Source: Arcobacteraceae bacterium (GTDB lineage: Bacteria; Campylobacterota; Campylobacteria; Campylobacterales; Arcobacteraceae). Taken from it: a DNA stretch of 40,306 nt. The DNA lies in the NCBI GenBank assembly GCA_048268245.1, contig JBLWVX010000022.1, forward strand, positions 1 to 40,306, written 5' to 3'. The stretch's first letter is position 1, and every line of letters begins with the position of its first letter. Made by a program: the position numbers and the translations under genes. This document shows positions 30,579 to 40,306 of this stretch, one piece after another. The notes under the pieces were generated by a model. The model searched no databases. It saw nothing but the letters and a program-made list of their open reading frames with translations, and was not told the origin of the DNA.

Positions 30579-30611
30579 AAAAAAAGGCCTATGCAAAAGC
30601 ATAGACCTTTT
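30579..30611 (-). terminator. Rho-independent terminator of nifSU
   Basis: Minus strand AAAAGGTCTATGC-TTTT-GCATAGGCC-TTTTTTT (one G-U pair). Confidence 0.85.
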
Positions 30612-30636
30612 AAATAATTGTTTATATTTATATAAA

Positions 30637-31617
30637 TTAGATTGGTAAAACTCTTAAGTTTTCATCAATTTTTTGTTGTAATACAGACTCAATTGCATAT
30701 AATGTTCCAGTACTTCCTGAAGAACATCCTGAACATGCACCCAAGTATCTGATATATAAGTCATAGTGAGGTAAGTTTTCTTTAATATCAATAATTTCCA
30801 TGTTACCACCATCCATAGCTAACATTGGTCTAATTTCTTCATCTAAGATTGTATCAATAGCTTTAATTCTTTGAACTAAAGTCATTTTATCAAATGATAA
30901 TGAACCATCAGCACTTGCATCAGCAGCTGTTTTTAATTTTTCTTCTTCCATAGCAGCTCTAGTGTCTTTTAAAATATCTACTAAATAAATATCTTTTTCT
31001 TCATGACCACCTGGCTTAATACATGATTTACAGAAAGCTCCAGCTTTTGTATAATCAGTAATCTCTTCAACAGTTTTTAAATCATTTAATTTAATAACTT
31101 CTTTAATTGTAGCTAATGTAACTCTAGCACATTCACAGATAATTTCTTCTTCTTCAAAAGATTCCATATCTACACCTTTGTACTCACCTGCAGCTTTTTT
31201 AATAACATCATAAGCCATTACAGAACAGTGCATTTTTTGAGGTGGAACAGCAGGAGTATCTGGATTATCTCTTAAAGCATGTTCAACATCAATATTTGTA
31301 ATTTTTACAGCTTCATCTACAGTCTTACCAACACATAATTCAGCCATAACATCAGAAGATGCAATTGCAGTACCACAACCAAAAGATTTAAACTTAGATT
31401 CTAAGATTTTGTCATTAGACTCATCAACTGCCCAATATAATCTTACTGCATCACCACATGATTCAGCTCCAAAGTCAGCAATAATTAATTTTGCATTTAA
31501 CTCTTTTGCTCTCTCTTCTGTAATCTCACCTTGGTGTTGTGGATTGTTCATTCTATTTACTACTTCGTTTGAGTACTCATCCCAAATTGAACCGCTAATT
31601 AAATCATTTTTAGCCAT
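30637..31617 (-). CDS. nifU: Fe-S scaffold NifU (three domains)
   Basis: IscU-like SCGD, FGCGTAIASS, KMHCS; central CEC...CKSC [2Fe-2S]; Nfu-like DGG...GACSGC. Confidence 0.95.
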   Translation of the reverse strand: MAKNDLISGSIWDEYSNEVVNRMNNPQHQGEITEERAKELNAKLIIADFGAESCGDAVRLYWAVDESNDKILESKFKSFGCGTAIASSDVMAELCVGKTVDEAVKITNIDVEHALRDNPDTPAVPPQKMHCSVMAYDVIKKAAGEYKGVDMESFEEEEIICECARVTLATIKEVIKLNDLKTVEEITDYTKAGAFCKSCIKPGGHEEKDIYLVDILKDTRAAMEEEKLKTAADASADGSLSFDKMTLVQRIKAIDTILDEEIRPMLAMDGGNMEIIDIKENLPHYDLYIRYLGACSGCSSGSTGTLYAIESVLQQKIDENLRVLPI

Positions 31618-31661
31618 TTTATTATCCTTTTATTATTCTTTTTTATATTTATTTGTATCTA

Positions 31662-32879
<1,218 letters not shown>

Positions 32880-32882
32880 TTA

Positions 32883-32897
32883 TGATAATAACTATCA
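32883..32897. promoter_or_regulatory. Fur-box-like 7-1-7 site upstream of nifS
   Basis: TGATAAT-A-ACTATCA, one mismatch to TGATAAT-N-ATTATCA. Confidence 0.5.
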
Positions 32898-32948
32898 ATT
32901 TTAATTATAATTATTATTTATATTTCTTTTTATTTTTTGTATTCTATT

Positions 32949-32986
32949 CTAAATAGGATAAAATTTGTCTTAATTAAAGAATATCA
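32949..32986 (-). promoter_or_regulatory. nifSU extended -10 plus IscR/Rrf2-like operator
   Basis: Minus strand TGATATTCTTTAATTAAGACAAATTTTATCCTATTTAG, 33/38 identical to the element upstream of sufB. Confidence 0.7.
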
Positions 32987-33160
32987 ATAAATTTTATTCC
33001 ATTTTGTAACAAAAAACTGCAATAAATACTATATTTTTAGTTTCTTTTTTAAAAATTTCGCGCATATTATATTGTAATAATGATAAATTCTACAAATATA
33101 AATAAAGAAATGTTAAGTAAAGAGTAGAGATAATTAAAAAATTTTTATTTAAGGAAATAT

Positions 33161-33979
33161 ATGAAAAATAAACTATTACTACTTATTACACTATTTACTG
33201 CTGTACTGTTTTCAGCTTGTGATAATAAAACACAAAACAACGAAGAAATAAAAGAACCTAAAAAAGAGGTTTTAAAAGTTGGAATGGAACTTGCATACCC
33301 TCCTTTTGAAATGAGCGATATAGATGGTAATCCTCAAGGTGTATCTGTTGACTTTGCCAAAAAGTTAGGGGAACATTTAGGAAGAGAAGTTGTTATTGAA
33401 AATACTGCATGGGCTGGATTAATCCCATCACTTAAAACAGAAAAGATTGATTTAATCATCTCTTCTATGACAATAACAGAAGAGAGAAAAAAATCAATTG
33501 ATTTTTCAATTCCTTATGCGCAATCATCTTTAGCTATCTTAGCAAATAAAGAATCTGGTGTTACTTCAATTGATGAATTAAATGTTTCAGGCAAAAAGAT
33601 TGCAGTAAAAAAAGGTTCAACAGGACATGTTTATGCAACAAAAAATCTTAAAAATGCAGAAATTTTAGTATTTGATAAAGAAAATGCTTGTGTACTAGAA
33701 GTAGTTCAAGGTAAAGCAGATGGTTTTTTATATGATCAATTAACTATATATAAAAACTTTGTACAACATAAAGATACAACAGTTGCTCTTTTAAAACCTT
33801 TTCAAAAAGATTTTGAATACTGGGGTGTTGCTTTAAGAAAAAACGACCCTTTAAAAACAAAAGTTAATGACTTTATAAAAGAAGCAAAAGCAAATGGAAC
33901 ATTTGATGAATTTGCTAATAAGCACTTAAAAGAAGCAAAAGCTACTTTTGATGAACTTAATATTCCATTCTTTTTCTAG
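33161..33979 (+). CDS. Polar amino-acid ABC transporter substrate-binding lipoprotein
   Basis: Lipobox LFSAC; YPPFE, LIPSL...IDLIISSMTITEERKKSIDFSIPY (SBP_bac_3). Confidence 0.93.
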   Translation: MKNKLLLLITLFTAVLFSACDNKTQNNEEIKEPKKEVLKVGMELAYPPFEMSDIDGNPQGVSVDFAKKLGEHLGREVVIENTAWAGLIPSLKTEKIDLIISSMTITEERKKSIDFSIPYAQSSLAILANKESGVTSIDELNVSGKKIAVKKGSTGHVYATKNLKNAEILVFDKENACVLEVVQGKADGFLYDQLTIYKNFVQHKDTTVALLKPFQKDFEYWGVALRKNDPLKTKVNDFIKEAKANGTFDEFANKHLKEAKATFDELNIPFFF

Positions 33980-33988
33980 GACTGTCCT

Positions 33989-34777
33989 ATCAAAATTCAA
34001 GACTTTTTTATTAATGAACTAAGCTACAAAAAAGATAAACCACTTTCAAAGATGGTTTATCTTTTTAACTTACTATTTTTAGCACTTATTATAATAACTC
34101 CTGTATATATAATGTTTGCAAATATATCTTATGACTTTAACTGGTCACAAGTATATGAGTATAAACAAAAATTTATAAATGGTTTTATAATGACTATTAT
34201 AATCTCATTCTTTGCATTAATACTAAGTTTTATAATAGGTCTATTTTTTGCATATGCACAAAATTCAAAACTTATAATTTTGAGATTCTTTGCTAGATTT
34301 TATATAGAGATTATTAGAGGAACACCACTTTTAGTGCAAATATTAATCTTTTTTTATGTTTTTGCAAATAATTTAGGTTTTGAAAATCGATATATTGTTG
34401 GAACATTTATACTTGCTATTTTCTCAGGTGCTTATGTATGTGAGATAATAAGATCTGCCTTACAATCAATCGAAAAAGAACAGTTTGAAACAAGTTTAAG
34501 TTTAGGAATGTCTAATTATCAAATGTATAGATATATAATCTTTCCGCAAGCTTTTAAAAGAATGCTTCCTGCTCTAACAGGTCAATTTGCCTCAATTATA
34601 AAAGACTCATCTCTTCTATCTATTATTGCAATTTCTGAATTTACAATGAATGCACAAGAAGTTGATGCTATTACATATTCAACTTTAGAGAGCTATATTC
34701 CACTTGCAATTGGCTATTTAATGTTAACTTACCCTATTTCATACTATACTAAGAGATTAGAAAATAACATAAAATAG
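33989..34777 (+). CDS. Polar amino-acid ABC transporter permease
   Basis: IRGTPLLVQ, AYVCEIIRS, PQAFKRMLP, IKDSSL. First ATG is 34052 (no RBS); the frame is open back to ATC 33989, which has AGGA 7 nt upstream. Start uncertain. Confidence 0.88.
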   Translation: MKIQDFFINELSYKKDKPLSKMVYLFNLLFLALIIITPVYIMFANISYDFNWSQVYEYKQKFINGFIMTIIISFFALILSFIIGLFFAYAQNSKLIILRFFARFYIEIIRGTPLLVQILIFFYVFANNLGFENRYIVGTFILAIFSGAYVCEIIRSALQSIEKEQFETSLSLGMSNYQMYRYIIFPQAFKRMLPALTGQFASIIKDSSLLSIIAISEFTMNAQEVDAITYSTLESYIPLAIGYLMLTYPISYYTKRLENNIK

Positions 34778-34796
34778 AAAAAAAGTAGCAAATATT

Positions 34797-34825
34797 TTAA
34801 ATAGGACTTTTTTTGTCCTATTTAA
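34797..34825. promoter_or_regulatory. Perfect 11-7-11 dyad (operator copy; may also act as a hairpin)
   Basis: TTAAATAGGAC-TTTTTTT-GTCCTATTTAA. Confidence 0.65.
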
Positions 34826-34845
34826 GTTCTCTTTAATTATTTTAC

Positions 34846-34883
34846 TGTTATTCTTCAATTAAGACAATTTTTGTCCTATTTAA
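34846..34883 (+). promoter_or_regulatory. suf extended -10 plus IscR/Rrf2-like operator
   Basis: TGTTATTCTTCAATTAAGACAATTTTTGTCCTATTTAA. Confidence 0.7.
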
Positions 34884-34909
34884 AAAATTTAAAAAAATTG
34901 GAGTCTGTT

Positions 34910-36346
34910 ATGAGTCAAAATCAACAGATACATGATGTTATTAATAGTGATTATAAATTAGGATTTGAAACTTTAGTAGAAAGTGATACATTTCCTAAGG
35001 GTTTAAATGAAGATGTTATTAAAGCAATTTCAGCAAAAAAAGAAGAACCCCAATGGCTTTTAGATTTTAGATTAAAAGCTTATGAAAAGTGGAAGAGTAT
35101 GGAAGAGCCTAACTGGGCAAATTTAAAATATCCTACAATAGATTATCAAGACATTGCATACTATTCTGCACCCAAAAAACCTTTAGGTTCACTTGATGAA
35201 GTTGATCCTGAAATTTTAAAAACATATGAAAAGCTAGGTATTCCTTTAGAGGAACAAAAACAACTAGCAGGTGTTGCAGTTGATGCTGTATTTGATTCAG
35301 TATCAGTTAAAACAACTTATCAAGAAGAGTTAGAAAAATTAGGAATTATTTTCTGTTCAATCTCAGAAGCTGCAAATAAATATCCAGAACTTTTAGAAAA
35401 ATACTTAGCTTCTGTTGTTCCAGTTGGTGATAACTACTTTGCCTGTTTAAACTCTGCTGTATTTACAGATGGAAGTTTTGTATATATTCCACCAAATACA
35501 AGATGTCCCATGGAATTATCAACATACTTTAGAATAAATGCACTAGATACAGGGCAATTTGAAAGAACTTTAATTATCTGTGATGAAGGAAGTTATGTAT
35601 CATACAATGAAGGTTGTTCAGCTCCAACAAGAGATGAAAGACAACTTCACGCAGCAGTTGTTGAATTAGTTACTTTAGATAATGCACAAATAAAATATTC
35701 GACTATTCAAAACTGGTACCCAGGTGACGAACAAGGTAAAGGTGGTATTTTAAACTTTGTTACAAAAAGAGGTTTATGTAAAGGTGAAAACTCAAAAATC
35801 TCTTGGACACAAGTTGAAACAGGTTCAAGTTTAACATGGAAATACCCTTCATGTGTTTTAAAAGGTGATAATAGTGTTGGAGAATTTTATTCTGTTGCTA
35901 TTTCATCAAAAGCCCAACAAGCTGATACTGGTACAAAGATGATACATCTAGGTAAAAATACTAAATCAACTATTATCTCAAAAGGTATTTCTGCAATGCA
36001 AGGAATAAATGCCTACAGAGGATTAGTTAGAGTTGGTAAAAATGCCCATAATGCAAGAAATATTTCAGAGTGTGATTCACTTCTTATTGGAAATGCCTGT
36101 AATGCACATACATATCCATACCATGAAGTAAAAAACATGACAGCAAAAATTGAGCATGAAGCAACAACTTCAAAAATTTCAGATGAGCAACTATTCTACA
36201 TAGAACAAAGAGGTATTAATCCTGAAAATGCAGTATCTATGATAGTAAATGGTTTCTGTAAAGAAGTATTAAAAGAGTTACCTATGGAGTTTGCAGCAGA
36301 AGCAAAAGAGCTGTTAAATATATCACTTGAGGGAAGTGTTGGATAA
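34910..36346 (+). CDS. sufB: Fe-S cluster assembly protein SufB
   Basis: [56 protein letters not shown]. Start set at ATG 34910 (GGAG at 34900-34903). Confidence 0.97.
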   Translation: MSQNQQIHDVINSDYKLGFETLVESDTFPKGLNEDVIKAISAKKEEPQWLLDFRLKAYEKWKSMEEPNWANLKYPTIDYQDIAYYSAPKKPLGSLDEVDPEILKTYEKLGIPLEEQKQLAGVAVDAVFDSVSVKTTYQEELEKLGIIFCSISEAANKYPELLEKYLASVVPVGDNYFACLNSAVFTDGSFVYIPPNTRCPMELSTYFRINALDTGQFERTLIICDEGSYVSYNEGCSAPTRDERQLHAAVVELVTLDNAQIKYSTIQNWYPGDEQGKGGILNFVTKRGLCKGENSKISWTQVETGSSLTWKYPSCVLKGDNSVGEFYSVAISSKAQQADTGTKMIHLGKNTKSTIISKGISAMQGINAYRGLVRVGKNAHNARNISECDSLLIGNACNAHTYPYHEVKNMTAKIEHEATTSKISDEQLFYIEQRGINPENAVSMIVNGFCKEVLKELPMEFAAEAKELLNISLEGSVG

Positions 36347-36396
36347 TATATCCAAGACCTAAGAAAAAAGAAAAAACATTTTTAAGGAAATATATA

Positions 36397-37152
36397 ATGT
36401 TAAGTATAAAAGATTTAAAAGTAAATATTAATGAAAAAGAGATTTTAAAAGGTCTTGATTTAGAAATCAAAGAAGGGGAAATCCATGCACTTATGGGTGT
36501 AAATGGAGCAGGAAAATCTACACTTGTAAAAACTTTAAGTGCTCACTATGACTGTGAAGTAACAGGTGGAACAATAACTTATAAGAAAAAAGACTTACTT
36601 GATTTAGAAGTAAGCGAGCGAGCTAATGAAGGTATTTTTATGAGTTTTCAAAACCCTGTTGAAGTTCCAGGTGTAAATAATAGCTACTTTTTAAAAACAG
36701 CAATTAATGAAAAAAGAGCCTATAGCGGTGAAAAAGAGATTGATACAATGGAGTTTTTAAAACACGTAAAAGAAGAGACTGCAAAATATAATCTGGATAG
36801 AAAACTTCTTCAAAGAGATTTAAATGATGGTTTTAGTGGTGGTGAGAAAAAAAGAAATGAATTAATTCAACTGCTATTACTAAACCCTGATTTAATCATG
36901 CTTGATGAAATAGATTCAGGTTTAGATGTAGATGCTATAAAAATAGTTGCAAATGTAATAAATGGTATGTTAGATGGTAAAAAATCAGTTCTTATGATTA
37001 CTCACTATGATAGACTTTTAGAGTTAATCAAACCTGATTATGTACATATTTTAAATGATGGGAAAATTGTAAAAACTGGAGATTATAATCTAGCCTTAGA
37101 ACTTGATGAAAAAGGTTTTGAGGGAATAGGAATAAAAGATGAGAATAAGTGA
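36397..37152 (+). CDS. sufC: Fe-S cluster assembly ATPase SufC
   Basis: GVNGAGKST, FQNPVEVPGV, GFSGGEKKR, LDEIDSGLDVDA, ITHY. Confidence 0.97.
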   Translation: MLSIKDLKVNINEKEILKGLDLEIKEGEIHALMGVNGAGKSTLVKTLSAHYDCEVTGGTITYKKKDLLDLEVSERANEGIFMSFQNPVEVPGVNNSYFLKTAINEKRAYSGEKEIDTMEFLKHVKEETAKYNLDRKLLQRDLNDGFSGGEKKRNELIQLLLLNPDLIMLDEIDSGLDVDAIKIVANVINGMLDGKKSVLMITHYDRLLELIKPDYVHILNDGKIVKTGDYNLALELDEKGFEGIGIKDENK

Positions 37153-38173
37153 TTTAGAAAATATTAATCTTCCTTCAAAATATGATGAAGAGTTTAGAAA
37201 AGTAGATTTACAAGCTCTTTTTTCATATGATTTTAAAAATGTTAAAAGTTATGAGTTAGATATAGTTGGATTAAATTCAGTAGAAGATATAAACAATTAT
37301 GAAAATCCACTATTTGAAATCACAAAAAACTTTGAGAAAAAACAAATAGTTTTAACTATAAACTCTAATATTCCCGAACCTATTTGTTTAGTTCATAAAA
37401 TAAATGAAGATGAGACTTTTTATACAAATTCTATTAAAATAGAAGTAAAAAAAGGTGCAAAGGCTTCACTTATTGAAGTATTTACAAATACATCGAAAAA
37501 TAGTGCATATAGTGTAAATAGAGAGTTTCATATAGAAGAAGAAACAAATTTTGAGTATGCAAAAGTTCAAGATATAAATGAAGAAAACACATTTATATAT
37601 AATGCAATCTTTAAACAAGAAGATAACTCAAAATGTAAAGTTTCAAATTTTGAGTTAGGTAATGGTTTAATCGTAAATAGCTATGAAAATAGTATTGATA
37701 ATAAAAATATTGAATACAATCTAAATGGTTTAGTAAAATCAAAAGATAGTGCAAATACAGCAAACCTAATAAAAACAGTTCATAATAATGAAAGTTCAAC
37801 TAGTGATATTAACTATAAACACTCATTAAAAGATAGTTCAAAAGCTGTATTTAAAGCAAAATCAATAGTAAATAAAAAAGCCTTATACTCTAAGGCTTTC
37901 CAAAATTCAAATACTATTTTATTATCAAATGATGCAACAATTTTTGCACAACCTCATCTTGAAATATTAATAGATGAACTTGAAGCAAGTCATGGAGCAA
38001 CAACTGGTACACTTGATAAAGACCAACTTTTATATCTTCAATCAAGAGGTATAAAAAAAGAGAAAGCATATGATATGCTTTTAAACGCTTTTGAGGGACA
38101 AATATATGATAATATAGACGATGAACTAATAAAAGAGTTTATCGATTCATATGAAAGGGATAGATATGTTTAA
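37139..38173 (+). CDS. sufD: Fe-S cluster assembly protein SufD
   Basis: PHLEILIDELEASHGAT, LLYLQSRGI; located between sufC and sufS. Confidence 0.9.
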   Translation: MRISDLENINLPSKYDEEFRKVDLQALFSYDFKNVKSYELDIVGLNSVEDINNYENPLFEITKNFEKKQIVLTINSNIPEPICLVHKINEDETFYTNSIKIEVKKGAKASLIEVFTNTSKNSAYSVNREFHIEEETNFEYAKVQDINEENTFIYNAIFKQEDNSKCKVSNFELGNGLIVNSYENSIDNKNIEYNLNGLVKSKDSANTANLIKTVHNNESSTSDINYKHSLKDSSKAVFKAKSIVNKKALYSKAFQNSNTILLSNDATIFAQPHLEILIDELEASHGATTGTLDKDQLLYLQSRGIKKEKAYDMLLNAFEGQIYDNIDDELIKEFIDSYERDRYV

Positions 38174-39347
38174 AAAAGATTTTCCATATTTTCAAAACTC
38201 AGATATTATATATTTAGATAATGCAGCTACAACACAAAAACCAAAAGAAGTTGTTAATTCTCAAATTGAGTATTACGAACACTACTGTTCGAATACTCAT
38301 AGAAGTAATTTTGGTCATGCCAATAAAGCAACTCAGAACTTTGAAAATGCAAGAAAAGTATTAAAAGAGTTTATTCATGCTTCAAAAAATGAAGAGCTTA
38401 TTTTTACAAAAGGTGTAAGTGAATCTATAAATTTTATAGCCGAGTCTTTTGCAAAAGATTTTAAAACTGTAATTATTTCTTCACTAGAACACCACTCAAA
38501 TATAGTTCCTTGGCATATACAAGGAAGAACTTTGGGAAATGGATTAGAAGTTGTTAGATGTGATGAGAACCTCAGTTTTGATTTTGCTCATTTTGAAGAG
38601 TTATTAAAAAACAATCCAAATGCTTTTGTATCAGTGACTCATATTTCAAATGCCTTTGGAAAAATCCACGATATAAAAGCTATTTGTGAATTAGCGCATA
38701 AATATGAAGCTGTAGTTATGATAGATGGAGCACAAAGTTTAGCTCACATGAAAGTAGATATAAAAGATATAGATGCTGATTTTTTTGCTATTTCTGCACA
38801 TAAAACTTTTGGACCAACAGGTGTTGGAGCTATTTATGTAAAAGAGAAATATCTAAAAGATTTAAAACCTTATCAAACAGGAGGAGCAACTATAGACCAA
38901 GTTGATTTTGAAAAATCAACTCTACTTGATGCCCCTTATAAATTTGAAGCAGGTACTCAAAATATTGCTGGAATCATAGGTTTTGCAGCAGCAATTGAAT
39001 ATCTAAATCATGTTGGATATGAAAATATCGAAGCCATTGAAAAAGATGTGTATCAATATTTAGATGAAGAACTTAGAAAAATTCCTGATATTGAGTTTTA
39101 CAATGATATACAAGACTCTATTGGAAGTAGAAGCTTTAATATTAAAGGTTTAATTCATGATGATGTTGGTATTTTAGTAGATAAAATGAAAATAGCATTA
39201 AGAGTTGGACACCACTGTGCACAACCTATTATGAAGCAACTAGGTATCAAAGGAACTATTAGGGTTTCACTTGCATTTTATAATGATTATAAAGATGTAG
39301 ATGCCTTAATAATTGCACTTAAAAAAGCTATTAGCATGTTGAAATAA
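38166..39347 (+). CDS. sufS: Cysteine desulfurase SufS (group II)
   Basis: YLDNAATTQKP, EHHSNIVPW, DGAQ, SAHKTFGPTG, FEAGT, RVGHHCAQP. Start set at ATG 38166 (AGGGA RBS). Confidence 0.95.
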   Translation: MFKKDFPYFQNSDIIYLDNAATTQKPKEVVNSQIEYYEHYCSNTHRSNFGHANKATQNFENARKVLKEFIHASKNEELIFTKGVSESINFIAESFAKDFKTVIISSLEHHSNIVPWHIQGRTLGNGLEVVRCDENLSFDFAHFEELLKNNPNAFVSVTHISNAFGKIHDIKAICELAHKYEAVVMIDGAQSLAHMKVDIKDIDADFFAISAHKTFGPTGVGAIYVKEKYLKDLKPYQTGGATIDQVDFEKSTLLDAPYKFEAGTQNIAGIIGFAAAIEYLNHVGYENIEAIEKDVYQYLDEELRKIPDIEFYNDIQDSIGSRSFNIKGLIHDDVGILVDKMKIALRVGHHCAQPIMKQLGIKGTIRVSLAFYNDYKDVDALIIALKKAISMLK

Positions 39348-39358
39348 GAGGATATAAG

Positions 39359-39769
39359 ATGAGTAATATAGAAGCTAGAGTTGAAGAAATAAAAGAGGAT
39401 TTAGAGTTCTTTGAAGATGAATTACAAAAATATGAATACATTATTGACTTAGGTAAAAAGTTAGAACCATTAGATGAAGAACATAAAACTCCAGAAAACT
39501 TAGTACATGGTTGTACTTCACAAGTTTGGCTTATTTGTGAGCAAAAAGATGGGAAACTATATTTTTATGGAACAAGTGATGCAATAATTGTAAAAGGTTT
39601 AGTTTATATGATTTTACAAATTTTCTCTGATTCAACTATAGAAGAGTTAAAAGAGGTTGACATGGATATTATTCATGAACTACAATTAGCTGAAGTTATT
39701 ACACCAAATAGACAAAGTGGAGTAATAGGAATGATAAAAAAAATAAAAGAGTTTGCACAAAATGCTTAA
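39359..39769 (+). CDS. sufE: Sulfur acceptor SufE
   Basis: YEYIIDLGKKL, VHGCTSQVWL, SDAIIVKGL, TPNRQSG. Confidence 0.95.
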   Translation: MSNIEARVEEIKEDLEFFEDELQKYEYIIDLGKKLEPLDEEHKTPENLVHGCTSQVWLICEQKDGKLYFYGTSDAIIVKGLVYMILQIFSDSTIEELKEVDMDIIHELQLAEVITPNRQSGVIGMIKKIKEFAQNA

Positions 39770-39780
39770 AGGAAAGATTT

Positions 39781-40125
39781 ATGTCATTATTTGAAAATAA
39801 AGAAATTATTGAAGAAAAAATTATCAAAAATTTAAAGAATGTATTTGATCCAGAAATTCCTGTAAATGTTTATGACTTAGGATTAATTTATGGAATAGAT
39901 TTTGAAGAGAAAGGAAACTATTTACACTGTAATGTTCTAATGACACTTACAAGCCCTGCTTGTCCAGTTGCAGAAAGTCTTGTAGAACAAGTAAAATATG
40001 TAACACTAGCCGTTGATGAAGTAGATGAAGCAAAAGTAAACCTTACATTTAATCCTCCTTGGTCAAAAGACTTAATGAGTGAAGAAGGAAGAGAAATAAT
40101 GGAAGCCTCTGGGGCAGTTATTTAA
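39781..40125 (+). CDS. sufT: DUF59/SufT Fe-S maturation protein
   Basis: VFDPEIPVNVYDLGLIY, MTLTSPACP, FNPPW. Confidence 0.88.
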   Translation: MSLFENKEIIEEKIIKNLKNVFDPEIPVNVYDLGLIYGIDFEEKGNYLHCNVLMTLTSPACPVAESLVEQVKYVTLAVDEVDEAKVNLTFNPPWSKDLMSEEGREIMEASGAVI

Positions 40126-40306
40126 ACTTAAAATTCATTATCATTACTTAATAACAAAATTAGTGGAAAGAAAAAAATTATTAATACTTTAAAATCTTAA
40201 ATATTACTTCTTTATTTATAAATACTTTCCACTTATATAATGTACTGTATATAGTACTTACTAGCTATATAAAACCTCTTTTTAATATTTTTACCTATAT
40301 AATACT

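Noticed and set aside
34871..34909. TTG start for sufB given by the ORF track
   Set aside because: It lies inside the operator dyad with no RBS; ATG 34910 has GGAG at good spacing.
34910..36346. Possible intein in SufB
   Set aside because: Length (about 478 aa) and motif continuity are normal; no insertion.
36397..37152. SufC acting as the missing ATPase for the amino-acid importer
   Set aside because: SufC is established as a partner of SufB/SufD; nothing in the sequence supports coupling to a permease.
40129..40233. Fur half-site (ATTATCA, 40137-40143) and 9-bp inverted repeat AGTGGAAAG/CTTTCCACT (40162-40170, 40225-40233)
   Set aside because: Short matches in very AT-rich DNA, and the downstream gene is outside the window; no support for a MITE or ncRNA call.

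Overview
An AT-rich chromosomal segment from a Campylobacterota bacterium, most likely Arcobacteraceae (inferred from gene order, AAGGA ribosome-binding sites and extended -10 promoters). It is mostly core housekeeping genes: the 3' end of glyA, a SPOR protein, trpE, pdxJ-pdxA, pyrH-rpoZ-spoT-tyrS-fabX-like-amiA, a NUDIX gene, lptG-like/pth/rplY, folD-lepB-rpiB, an OprC-type copper TonB receptor, nth-Fic-uvrB, greA-argC-lpxH, tcdA, cheV and argH. The last 10 kb is an iron-sulfur biogenesis region: nifS-nifU (- strand), a polar amino-acid ABC pair with no ATPase gene, and a full sufBCDSE-sufT operon. The strongest new signal is a 38-bp promoter/operator module, 33/38 identical, in front of both nifSU and sufB. 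It has a GAC-N7-GTC dyad like IscR/Rrf2 sites, and a third, perfect copy of the dyad lies upstream of sufB, suggesting NIF and SUF share one regulator. Other points: a probable ATT start that restores the amidase signal peptide, a possible hairpin-occluded ATC start, a probably leaderless uvrB, a Fic-HTH gene between uvrB and nth, an unannotated 39-aa membrane ORF, and a D-to-G change in the conserved NifS YLD motif. No rRNA, tRNA, CRISPR array or IS element was recognised. All family calls come from motif recognition, with no database search.
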